Shown here piece by piece: positions 1-6,972 of a stretch of 33,052 nucleotides of DNA. The DNA is from a virus. The stretch covers positions 1 to 33,052 of the IMG/VR virus record IMGVR_UViG_3300045988_025843. One strand, written 5' to 3'. The translations under genes and the position numbers were made by a program. How positions within the stretch are numbered: the first letter of the stretch is position 1; every line of letters starts with the position of its first letter. Under the pieces are notes generated by a model that was not told where the DNA came from, did not search any database, and was given only the letters and a program-made list of their open reading frames with translations.

Positions 1-99
1 AAACATTCCAAAGGACAGAAAGAAAGAAACAGCCCTTAGCCGAGACGCGGTAGCCGAAGCGGCAAAGAGATTTTACAAAAAATAACAAACAAAAAAAAT
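1..99. repeat. Terminal overlap: 1-99 is identical to 32954-33052 (circular closure or assembly k-mer overlap)
   Basis: Base-by-base comparison of both window ends shows an exact 99-nt match running to both edges. Positions 1-85 repeat the 3' end of the protease/scaffold CDS, with its stop codon at 83-85. Confidence 0.95.
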
Positions 100-108
100 T
101 AAGAAATT

Positions 109-1053
109 ATGGCATTTACATTTTCAGACCTTAACAAACTGAATATTAACAGTTTGAACGAAGTTATCTCTTTGACCGTCGGTTTGGCTGGTGAGATTTC
201 TAACGGTATTACCGTGCTTAACGGTATCGCTAACAACACGCCCGTTGTTTCCCTTACAGCAGCCGACAAGGCGCTGCGTAAATCAGCGGGTTGTGGCGGT
301 AAATACTTCTACGATACAGTAACCGACAAGGTTAAGTATTACACACACGCACCTATCGAACTGCCTATAGAAATCTGTTTGCAATCTTTGTGGGGTAAAA
401 TGGTGGCACGCGGTATTAACCTCGAAGACGATTTTTCTGCAACCGATTTGGCAGGCTTCATTCAGTCCGAAGTATTGAAGGTGTTGGAAGCTGACTTGTT
501 GCGTCTCGCGTGGTTAGATGGCGACGTTAAGGCAGATGCTACGGGCTACGGTATCTTTACACGCGGCGGTATTATCAAGCAGTTTAAAGATAGCAGAGAG
601 ACCGAAAACGTTTTGAAGCTCGACACAGAAGGCGTTCTTGCTGCACTTCGTGGAGCTATCGACGCACAACGCCCAGATACACTCGACACCTCGGAGTTCT
701 TCGTAACGTCTAACGTTATGCGCCTTTATAAGAACCTTTTGCAGGATAGAGATAACAGTGCTGCACAAAGTGACATTGTAGATGGCAAACCCGTTTACTT
801 CTTCGAGGGGTATAAGATTAACGAACTTCGCCACGTGTCTAACGCTGCCTTGGTTGACGGTAATACACAGGCTTTCGTAGCATTCACACCAAAGGACAAC
901 ATTCAGATTGCCTTGGAGGGTAGCTCTACTAACATTGCACCGTTCATCCAAGACGCGAAAAGCCGTAACTACTACTCACAGACCTTGTTCGCGGCTGATG
1001 CTATGTTGGTAGCACCCGAGAAAATGCAAATGTGGTTACTTGCTTCTGTGTAA
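109..1053 (+). CDS. Major capsid protein (HK97-fold, lambda gpE-like by recollection)
   Basis: This 314-aa ORF lies directly downstream of the protease/scaffold gene across the circular junction. C-terminal strings (DGNTQAF, LFAADAMLVAPEKM) recall gpE-type coat proteins. It is followed by a very strong intrinsic terminator, as expected for a highly expressed gene. The family call is from memory. Confidence 0.65.
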   Translation: MAFTFSDLNKLNINSLNEVISLTVGLAGEISNGITVLNGIANNTPVVSLTAADKALRKSAGCGGKYFYDTVTDKVKYYTHAPIELPIEICLQSLWGKMVARGINLEDDFSATDLAGFIQSEVLKVLEADLLRLAWLDGDVKADATGYGIFTRGGIIKQFKDSRETENVLKLDTEGVLAALRGAIDAQRPDTLDTSEFFVTSNVMRLYKNLLQDRDNSAAQSDIVDGKPVYFFEGYKINELRHVSNAALVDGNTQAFVAFTPKDNIQIALEGSSTNIAPFIQDAKSRNYYSQTLFAADAMLVAPEKMQMWLLASV

Positions 1054-1073
1054 TGAAAATTAGTATTAACAAT

Positions 1074-1108
1074 AAAAGGGGTTGGGATATTAACCCAGCC
1101 CCTTTTTC
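1074..1108 (+). terminator. Rho-independent terminator after the capsid gene
   Basis: A 9-bp GC-rich stem pairs GGGGTTGGG (1078-1086) with CCCAGCCCC (1094-1102), including one G-U pair. The loop is 7 nt, a T5 run lies at 1103-1107, and an A-run precedes the stem. Confidence 0.85.
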
Positions 1109-1120
1109 ATTTTATATAAT

Positions 1121-1633
1121 ATGGCAAAAACTTGTTTAAATAAACTTTCGAGTAACATCCTACAATCTTGCAGCATTACGCAGGTGGGGCTTAAAGACAT
1201 ATATCTGATGCACATAGAGGATGTTACTTTGGTTTCCGATGGTAAGATAGTTTCGGGTATAACCTTTGCCCCTGGTGCGAAAAGCTACAAAGTGGAAGGA
1301 TATAAACAAAACTTACAGTACACCGCAACCCTTAAAACAACGGACGCTTCTGCGAGGTTGAACACCTCGGTGACTTTTAAGATGCCCGCCGACGGTCCTA
1401 CAATGTCTACACTCGCAAATGGTAAATTTTATGTGATGGTACAATATCCGCACATAACTGCCGGGATTGTGGGTGTTCAATGCCCTTTAGAGTGTTCGGC
1501 AATGGAGTTCGACAGCAACGCAAATGCAGCACTTGTAACGGTTACATTGTCCGACCCGGAAGGTTCGGCAGGAAACGCACACATGTTGTGTTATAATGCG
1601 GTTCGCGATTCAATAATCTCTAAATCAGTTTAA
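1121..1633 (+). CDS. Virion-module paralog 1 of 3 (function unknown; tail-tube-sized)
   Basis: 170 aa. It shares an N-terminal MA-x-C...C pattern and a PGAK-Y-V block (APGAKSYKVEG) with the next two ORFs. It is tightly packed after the capsid gene. Confidence 0.8.
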   Translation: MAKTCLNKLSSNILQSCSITQVGLKDIYLMHIEDVTLVSDGKIVSGITFAPGAKSYKVEGYKQNLQYTATLKTTDASARLNTSVTFKMPADGPTMSTLANGKFYVMVQYPHITAGIVGVQCPLECSAMEFDSNANAALVTVTLSDPEGSAGNAHMLCYNAVRDSIISKSV

Positions 1634-1635
1634 TT

Positions 1636-2178
1636 ATGGCATGTATATCAAAATTAGCAAACGCAATTGCTTATAATTGCGACACGGGCGCTACTGGTTT
1701 AGTCAGCGCGTTGATTATTAATAAAGCGGATATCGCGAGTTTTACCCTGGACAGTGCAGGCGGCGCAGTTATGGCTATTAATTTAGTTCCCGGTGCTAAA
1801 GCGTATAGGGTTGACACCGTTAAACGCTCCCTTGTTGTGTCGAAGAGTTTGAAGGTTAACGATGGTGCACCGAATGCGTTCACTCACACCGCCACCATTA
1901 CAGACACGACAAACGTCACGGTAGGTACGCATGTCAGCTTTACTAAAGCTATATCTAACGGCTCGTTTGTTATTTTATATAAGCCCGTAGGCGCATCACA
2001 CGCCAGCGTAGTCGGGCTGTATTATGGCATGCGTGCGACAGCATTTGACCAAAGCAGCCACGATAATGGTTCTTGGACTACCGTAACGATTGAGACGCCC
2101 GAAAACGTTATTGGCGAAGATAATCTTAGCTTGGTTGGGAATACCTACGATGCAATGTACGCAGCGGCAGCAGTTTAA
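1636..2178 (+). CDS. Virion-module paralog 2 of 3
   Basis: 180 aa. It begins MACISKL..NC and carries DIASFTLD and VPGAKAYRVD, which are collinear with paralogs 1 and 3. The gap to the upstream gene is 2 nt. Confidence 0.8.
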   Translation: MACISKLANAIAYNCDTGATGLVSALIINKADIASFTLDSAGGAVMAINLVPGAKAYRVDTVKRSLVVSKSLKVNDGAPNAFTHTATITDTTNVTVGTHVSFTKAISNGSFVILYKPVGASHASVVGLYYGMRATAFDQSSHDNGSWTTVTIETPENVIGEDNLSLVGNTYDAMYAAAAV

Positions 2179-2204
2179 CTAATTAAAAGAAAGGAAAAAA
2201 TAAT

Positions 2205-2780
2205 ATGGCATGTATTGGAAATGTAGCCGCGAGTACGGCTATGCCTTGCGGAGCACCAGCGTCGGCAGATATGGGCAGACCCGTATCGGCAAAGATTTTA
2301 AACGCTTCTGACATAGCGAGTTTTACGGTGGACAAAGGAACGGCTATTATTACACGAAAGCCCGGTGCCATGGGCTACAGTGTAACCGCTATTAATAATG
2401 CTCTCACCGTCTCGGTGGGTCTTAAATCGCAGGACCTTATGCCCGGTGCTTACGATGTATCAATTACATTTAAGAACTTTAGCGTGGCACAAACAGAGGT
2501 TACATCTCTCCCGATGGGGGTGGTGAACGGTCTGTCACGCGCAGAAATCGTAATTGCAGTGGACCACGGGAACGGTAAAATTAGGGTGTACGGTTTGGGC
2601 GCTCCGTTGGTTTGTACTGAACTTGTGGGGGATTCTACGGCAAGCGAGTATTTTACATTCACTTATGGCGTCGAGGATTGGCAAGTAGGTACGACTATTC
2701 ACAGGATGGAACCGGCAGCTTATGACGCGTTATCCACACCAACACCAACACCAACACCAGCACCAGCACCAGGATCATAA
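2205..2780 (+). CDS. Virion-module paralog 3 of 3 with a C-terminal Pro/Thr/Ala tail
   Basis: 191 aa. It begins MACIGNV..PC and carries DIASFTVD and KPGAMGYSVT. It ends in TPTPTPTPAPAPGS, encoded by the hexanucleotide repeat at 2736-2771, followed by a double stop TAATAA. Confidence 0.8.
   Translation: MACIGNVAASTAMPCGAPASADMGRPVSAKILNASDIASFTVDKGTAIITRKPGAMGYSVTAINNALTVSVGLKSQDLMPGAYDVSITFKNFSVAQTEVTSLPMGVVNGLSRAEIVIAVDHGNGKIRVYGLGAPLVCTELVGDSTASEYFTFTYGVEDWQVGTTIHRMEPAAYDALSTPTPTPTPAPAPGS
2736..2771 (+). repeat. Hexanucleotide tandem repeat (ACACCA)x4 (GCACCA)x2
   Basis: Read directly from the sequence. It encodes the TPTPTPTPAPAP tail of paralog 3. Confidence 0.95.
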
Positions 2781-2795
2781 TAAATCAAAAAGAAA

Positions 2796-3152
2796 ATGGC
2801 AAAAGAAAAAACAAATACTACGGGGCAGGGTGAAAGCGCTGCACCCGTTGTTGTTGAACCGAAGGTTGCAACATTACAAGAGAAGTTGGATACGTATTAC
2901 ACAATGACCGGGCTAAAACTTGACCCTAATTGCCACGTGGATATGGAATATTTATCTTTGTGGTATGAAACGAAGTATCTGACAAAGGTGGTTTACAGAT
3001 GGGCAATGAAGCCCGAGGCGCGTATCGTGCATTACGTCGATGGTGTCGTTTACAAGCCCGCAAACATGACGGACGAAATAGCCGAACGACTTATGAAGGA
3101 GAACCCGGCTTACGCCGATTGCTTCGTAGAAATCAATAAAGAGGAGGTTTAA
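2796..3152 (+). CDS. Hypothetical protein (virion module)
   Basis: 118-aa ORF in the same frame as paralog 3 and 15 nt downstream of it. It is tightly coupled to the next gene. Confidence 0.7.
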   Translation: MAKEKTNTTGQGESAAPVVVEPKVATLQEKLDTYYTMTGLKLDPNCHVDMEYLSLWYETKYLTKVVYRWAMKPEARIVHYVDGVVYKPANMTDEIAERLMKENPAYADCFVEINKEEV

Positions 3153-3154
3153 AT

Positions 3155-4324
3155 ATGATAGGTTACAGACGTTTCGCGCTTGTTGTCGAAAAGGCGCTTA
3201 AGTTGTCCGCTAACACGGGCGATAAGATTATTAACTACGGTGACGGCAACTTATATCCGCAGGAAATAGCCGAGCTAATATACGCTTCAAAGACAGCCAC
3301 AGCCGCAGTTGAGAAAATGACCGAAAACATTATTTGCGAAGGGTTCAAAAACAAGGATTTCGCGGCGATAACAAACGGGAACGGCTGTAACATGGACGAC
3401 GTTTTAGAGGCTACGGCAAACGATGTTGCACGTTTTAGGGGCTGGGCTTGGATAATACAGTATGGATTGACACCCGAAGGCTACAAGCCCCGAAACGTGT
3501 ACAACGTTCCGTTTGAATATGTCCGTGCCGAGATGAACGACAACTATTTGAAAGACCCCACCATAAAGAGATGGCGCGTTTTCAATAACTGGGATAGACA
3601 GAACGTCAAAGCAACAAGCAGTGCGCAGAACTCCACAGTATATCATACCTTTGACCCGGAAAATTTCGCATCAGAGGTTGAGGAGTGCGGCGGTATTGAA
3701 AACCATAAGGGGCAGCTATTATACGTGAACCTGGGAACAACCCGACCGTACCCCCTTAGCACGTTCCATTCGGTACGAAACGAGATGGGTGCGGAGGACA
3801 AGAACGGTAAATACGTTAACCGTACTTTGGGCAGGGGTTTCCACATGTGTAGCATCGTGTCGCACGGTGATTTCGAGTCCGAGCAGGCACAACAAGAATT
3901 CCGCGATACGTTAGCCGAGATGATGGGTAGCGAGAACGCTGGCTCCGTGCTTACCGTAAGGGACGAGAACGTAGCCACGGACAAACCGTTTATCAAGGTA
4001 GACCAGTTAGGCAGTCCTATAGATAGGGAGCTTTACAAGGCTTATGTGGAACCCCTTAGAAAGGATATTGCGATAGCGGCTTATAACATCCCGTTACCCC
4101 TTATTGACAGTTCGCTGATGACCTACTCAAACGCCTCGGGCGAGGTCATAAAGGAACTGCAAAAGGTCTATCGCAATAGCTTGCAGAAGATACGTCAACG
4201 CATTTCACGCGAGTTGTACCAAGTGTTCGGGGTTGACCCGTCAGTTACAGAAATTAATAATAAATTTGAAGAAGATGGCAAACCTAAAAGCATACCCGGT
4301 AGCACAGTTCCGCCAGCTGTTTGA
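3155..4324 (+). CDS. Putative portal protein (tentative)
   Basis: At 389 aa it is the only head-module protein of portal-like size that has no other assignment. The N-terminal segment (GNLYPQEIAELIYASKTATAAVEKMTENI) resembles the N-terminal region of HK97/SPP1-type portals. It is not adjacent to terL, so the call is weak. Confidence 0.4.
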   Translation: MIGYRRFALVVEKALKLSANTGDKIINYGDGNLYPQEIAELIYASKTATAAVEKMTENIICEGFKNKDFAAITNGNGCNMDDVLEATANDVARFRGWAWIIQYGLTPEGYKPRNVYNVPFEYVRAEMNDNYLKDPTIKRWRVFNNWDRQNVKATSSAQNSTVYHTFDPENFASEVEECGGIENHKGQLLYVNLGTTRPYPLSTFHSVRNEMGAEDKNGKYVNRTLGRGFHMCSIVSHGDFESEQAQQEFRDTLAEMMGSENAGSVLTVRDENVATDKPFIKVDQLGSPIDRELYKAYVEPLRKDIAIAAYNIPLPLIDSSLMTYSNASGEVIKELQKVYRNSLQKIRQRISRELYQVFGVDPSVTEINNKFEEDGKPKSIPGSTVPPAV

Positions 4325-4718
4325 AATAGCGACGGACGTTAAAGGCAACAAGATAGAAAAGGCGTTCTCGGAGGCAGACCTACTCGACATATTGCCGCAG
4401 ATTGGTTGCATGTACGATGCCGTACCCGATAAATATATCTCGGACGGGTCTAACTTCGCAGGACTTGAAAAGGTTATTTGTTATTACGCGTTCGCGCGGT
4501 ATTTGCAGATAGCAGACCAAAACAGTACGAGCACGGGTATGAAGATTCAGACATACGGCGGCTCGGTAGTCGTTCCAGATACAAGCAAGGTTAAGAGGTT
4601 TGAAGCCGAACGGGGCAAGGCAGACCTTTTTATAGAGCCGTTAATTTGCCAAATGAAGGCGGACGGGTTTATAAAGGCATGCACAGTATCGAACACCCGT
4701 ATAGGGCTAATCAAGTGA
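4275..4718 (+). CDS. Hypothetical protein (start uncertain: 4233 or 4275)
   Basis: The ORF is open from 4233. The ATG at 4275 (MANLKAY...) reduces the overlap with the upstream gene to 50 nt. No domain was recognised. Confidence 0.6.
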   Translation: MANLKAYPVAQFRQLFEIATDVKGNKIEKAFSEADLLDILPQIGCMYDAVPDKYISDGSNFAGLEKVICYYAFARYLQIADQNSTSTGMKIQTYGGSVVVPDTSKVKRFEAERGKADLFIEPLICQMKADGFIKACTVSNTRIGLIK

Positions 4719-5194
4719 TAGAACAATTAGAGACCTATTTCCGCACGTTTTTTGCTGTGACCGTTCTTGCAGTAGTTACGGATATACGGGACCTTATATT
4801 TTTAGTGGTTATCGTTACCGCGTTGAACTGGCTGGTAGGTTATTTGGCAGACAGGGCGAAAGGAAAGCCCTATAAGCACAAAAAGACTATGCAGGCGGTT
4901 AAGGAGTTGTTTTTAACGAATGCAATTCTTTTCTTTGTAGCACTAACATGTGATATGTTGGAGCCTGGGATAGATTATCAGCTTTTAGTTAAGGCACTCA
5001 CGGGTATATTCCTTATTATATACGCGCGTAACATAACAAGAAACCTTAGGGTAGTACAGCCGGGAAATGAATTCGTGAAGGTGCTAAACAGCATAGCGAA
5101 TAGCAAGTATTTCCAACTTAAGAGAAAGATTAAGGACGGCGAATTTGAAACACCCTTAGAAGAAAAGGAGAAAGAAGATGGCGAACAGCAGTAA
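4646..5194 (+). CDS. Holin-like multi-pass membrane protein (start uncertain)
   Basis: Three or more hydrophobic segments are present (FFAVTVLAVVT.., LIFLVVIVTALNWLVGYL, AILFFVALTCDML, ALTGIFLIIYA), with a charged C-terminus. It lies immediately upstream of the endolysin and overlaps it. Alternative in-frame starts are the ATG at 4679 and the GTG at 4715, which overlaps the upstream TGA. Confidence 0.6.
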   Translation: MPNEGGRVYKGMHSIEHPYRANQVIEQLETYFRTFFAVTVLAVVTDIRDLIFLVVIVTALNWLVGYLADRAKGKPYKHKKTMQAVKELFLTNAILFFVALTCDMLEPGIDYQLLVKALTGIFLIIYARNITRNLRVVQPGNEFVKVLNSIANSKYFQLKRKIKDGEFETPLEEKEKEDGEQQ

Positions 5195-5693
5195 ATTAGT
5201 ACCGTTCATCCTACAGTGGGAAGGTGGTTTCGTTAACGACCCGGACGACCTGGGGGGTGCAACAAACAAAGGTATCACCATAGGCACATTCACCGAATAC
5301 AAGAAGCGGAAGGGGCAAAAAGCCCCTACCGTCGACGACTTGAAAAACATATCTGATGCCGAATGGCACAATGTTTTTAAGTCCTTGTATTGGGATAGGT
5401 GGAAAGCCGACGAAATCAAAAACCAATCAGTAGCCAATATCTTAGTTGATTGGGTTTGGGCTTCGGGGTCGCACGGTATAAAGCGCCCACAACGTCTTTT
5501 AGGCGTGAAGGCGGACGGAATTGTAGGTAAACAGACCATTGCAGCCGTTAACGCTATGGACGCGGCTACGCTCTTTAAAATGATTAAAGACGATAGGGCA
5601 AAGTTCATCGATGAAATATGCAAGGCGAGACCCAAAAACGAGAAATACCGTAAAGGTTGGATGAACCGTATTAATGCGATACGCTATGAATAA
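5178..5693 (+). CDS. Endolysin: GH108-type lysozyme with a PG_binding_3-like C-terminal domain
   Basis: The N-terminal signature ILQWEGGFVNDPDDLGGATNKGIT matches the GH108 EGG..D..D.GG.T..GI motif. The C-terminal LLGVKADGIVGKQTIAAVN is typical of the associated peptidoglycan-binding domain. Confidence 0.85.
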   Translation: MANSSKLVPFILQWEGGFVNDPDDLGGATNKGITIGTFTEYKKRKGQKAPTVDDLKNISDAEWHNVFKSLYWDRWKADEIKNQSVANILVDWVWASGSHGIKRPQRLLGVKADGIVGKQTIAAVNAMDAATLFKMIKDDRAKFIDEICKARPKNEKYRKGWMNRINAIRYE

Positions 5694-6264
5694 ACTGCAA
5701 AAGATAATTATAGACTTTGCGGTCCTTATGGTGCTGTTTGGTGCGGTAACCAAGATGGTAGACACCATAAGGAAGCAAAGAGCCGAAATAGGACGTTTAG
5801 AACGTAACGTTGAGGCGATGAACGATGCACAGATAGAGTACAAAACAAAGCTCGGAGATGCAGCAGTGAAGCGTAAAGCTTTAGAGATGGCGCACAAGGA
5901 GCTAAAGAAAACGAACGCAGACCTATATAAAGAGGTGGACGCGCTTAATGTCCGGGTGAAAGATGCGTTATCGGCGACCCGTACCGTTACCAAGACCGTA
6001 ATAAAGGAGGTTGTGCGTACCGATACGGTAGCTGGCGAGTCGATAGCAGAATACCGGGACGCATGGAATACGATACAAGCAAGGGTTAAACGGGATAGCA
6101 CGGAATTAAGCTACCAAGGTAGGGACACGATAACGGGCGTTATCACAGTTCGGAAGAAAAAGTTCTTGTTTTTCAGATGGGGGGTCAAGGCTATAGAGCA
6201 CGACATGTCAAACAAAAACCCCAAAACAAAGATAGATATAGACATAGCGGTAAAGCTAAAATAA
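5674..6264 (+). CDS. Membrane-anchored coiled-coil protein (i-spanin-like; alternative start 5686)
   Basis: It has an N-terminal TM segment (IIIDFAVLMVLFGAV) followed by a long charged heptad-like region. It is the last gene of the lysis cassette. No partner lipoprotein was found nearby. Confidence 0.5.
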   Translation: MRYAMNKLQKIIIDFAVLMVLFGAVTKMVDTIRKQRAEIGRLERNVEAMNDAQIEYKTKLGDAAVKRKALEMAHKELKKTNADLYKEVDALNVRVKDALSATRTVTKTVIKEVVRTDTVAGESIAEYRDAWNTIQARVKRDSTELSYQGRDTITGVITVRKKKFLFFRWGVKAIEHDMSNKNPKTKIDIDIAVKLK

Positions 6265-6271
6265 TTAGGAG

Positions 6272-6301
6272 ATGGAGGGCTGTTAACAGTTCTCCATTTT
6301 T
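6272..6301 (+). terminator. Rho-independent terminator ending the late/lysis operon
   Basis: An 11-bp stem pairs ATGGAGGGCTG (6272-6282) with CAGTTCTCCAT (6287-6297), including two G-U pairs. The loop is TTAA and a T-run follows to 6301. Confidence 0.8.
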
Positions 6302-6318
6302 CGTTTACATTCGTTAAC

Positions 6319-6538
6319 CACAGCCTGCACAGTAGAAAAGTAGGTCTGTGCAGGTCTCTGTGCAGTCTAACTCCTTATATTATAATACATTATATGTAAA
6401 TGCACAGTAAGCACAGTAAAAAGGGGGTAAAACATTATTCTGGAGAAAATAGCATTCACCACTATAGAACGGGCTGTAAAAACCACTATATTCTATATTA
6501 AAGTTTAGAAATTTAGGTGTGTTTCTGTGCTGTGCAGG
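6319..6538. repeat. Element X copy 1: CTGTGCAG/CTGCACAG octamer cluster, AT-rich core and hairpin
   Basis: CACAG lies at 6319-6323 and CTGCACAG at 6325-6332. CTGTGCAG lies at 6346-6353 and 6358-6365 (12-bp period). An AT-rich stretch with TATAAT follows. CACAG recurs at 6403-6407 and 6412-6416. A hairpin pairs TATAGAA (6463-6469) with TTCTATA (6491-6497). CTGTGC/CTGTGCAG closes the element at 6525-6537. The layout is collinear with 22688-22892. Confidence 0.9.
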
Positions 6539-6627
6539 ATAAGACACTGATAAATAGCACTTTAGCTCACACACACCGTTTCTTTACACCTTTTCACTTT
6601 TGATTAAGATTTATTAGCACAAAAAGA

Positions 6628-6659
6628 GATACAACCTATTGTCATTTGCCGTATCTTTG
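6628..6659 (+). promoter_or_regulatory. Promoter of ncRNA locus A (ACAAC element plus -7 box TATCTTTG)
   Basis: TATCTTTG at 6652-6659 matches the Bacteroidota -7 consensus TAnnTTTG. GATACAAC starts exactly 24 nt upstream, the same spacing as in six other promoters in this genome. Confidence 0.7.
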
Positions 6660-6665
6660 TAATGT

Positions 6666-6872
6666 CAAAAGGAAACAAGGTTGTTCTTTACTGAAACTAA
6701 GAACATGATACCCTTAAAAGGAAAGTTTGAAAAGTGAATGGGATTCAAACACCGGGCTACCCAAAGACAAACAAAAAACTAAGAGGTTGCTTTTTACCAA
6801 AACTAAGAGCACGATACCCGAAAGGGAAAGTTTGAAAAGTGAAAGGGATTCAAACACCGAATAGTTTTTTTT
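6666..6872 (+). ncRNA. Tandem two-hairpin structured RNA, locus A (2 units of about 105 nt)
   Basis: Unit 1: GGT (6679-6681), stem 6682-6688/6699-6705, then ACC (6710-6712); hairpin 2 pairs GTTTGAA (6725-6731) with TTCAAAC (6744-6750). Unit 2: stem 6788-6794/6805-6811; hairpin 2 pairs 6830-6836 with 6849-6855 and is followed by a T8 run (6865-6872). There is no ORF. Stems are supported by compensatory changes between the four copies. The 5' end is inferred from the promoter. Confidence 0.65.
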
Positions 6873-6929
6873 AAAGAAAAGAGGTCACCAAGACATTAAA
6901 CTGGAAATAACTGTGAACAAGTAAGAACG

Positions 6930-6937
6930 TAGATTTG
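6930..6937 (+). promoter_or_regulatory. -7 box TAGATTTG upstream of the 6973 gene
   Basis: It matches TAnnTTTG and ends 36 nt before the ATG at 6973. The upstream CAAC element is absent. Confidence 0.45.
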
Positions 6938-6972
6938 TTATCACTGTATTAACGTATAAAACGAAGCAAAGT

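Noticed and set aside
1-99. The 99-nt end repeat might be a genuine direct terminal repeat of the virion DNA.
   Set aside because: The repeat runs exactly to both window edges and cuts through a coding sequence and its UTR, with no sequence landmark at the boundary. This is what an assembler overlap on a circular contig looks like. It cannot be fully excluded without read-start data.
2722-2907. Alternative-frame ORF translating the hexanucleotide repeat as HQHQHQHQ, followed by a Lys-rich tail. It could be a frameshift product of paralog 3.
   Set aside because: Slippage on a 6-nt unit does not change the frame, and no slippery heptamer or downstream structure was seen. The product looks like low-complexity out-of-frame translation.
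6380-6574. Minus-strand 64-aa ORF inside element X copy 1. It resembles the 61-aa minus-strand ORF at 22748-22933 (shared FLNFN..YS.FY.P and QNNVLPPF).
   Set aside because: The similarity follows the DNA repeat. The N-terminal halves are unrelated, and the sequences are aromatic- and Cys-rich, like translated AT-rich DNA. No promoter was seen on the minus strand, and every supported gene is on the + strand. The 9-nt indel between copies is compatible with coding, so this is not fully excluded, but structure or operator conservation explains it better.
6666-6872. The tandem repeats might be a mini-CRISPR array or tRNA-like genes.
   Set aside because: There are only two units per locus and the period is about 105 nt, far from the 60-72 nt of CRISPR arrays. 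The sequence between the hairpins is itself conserved between units, so there are no spacers, and no cas genes are present. No cloverleaf, D-loop GG or T-loop GTTCRANYC can be drawn, so they are not tRNAs. A repeat-mimic role remains only a hypothesis in the findings.
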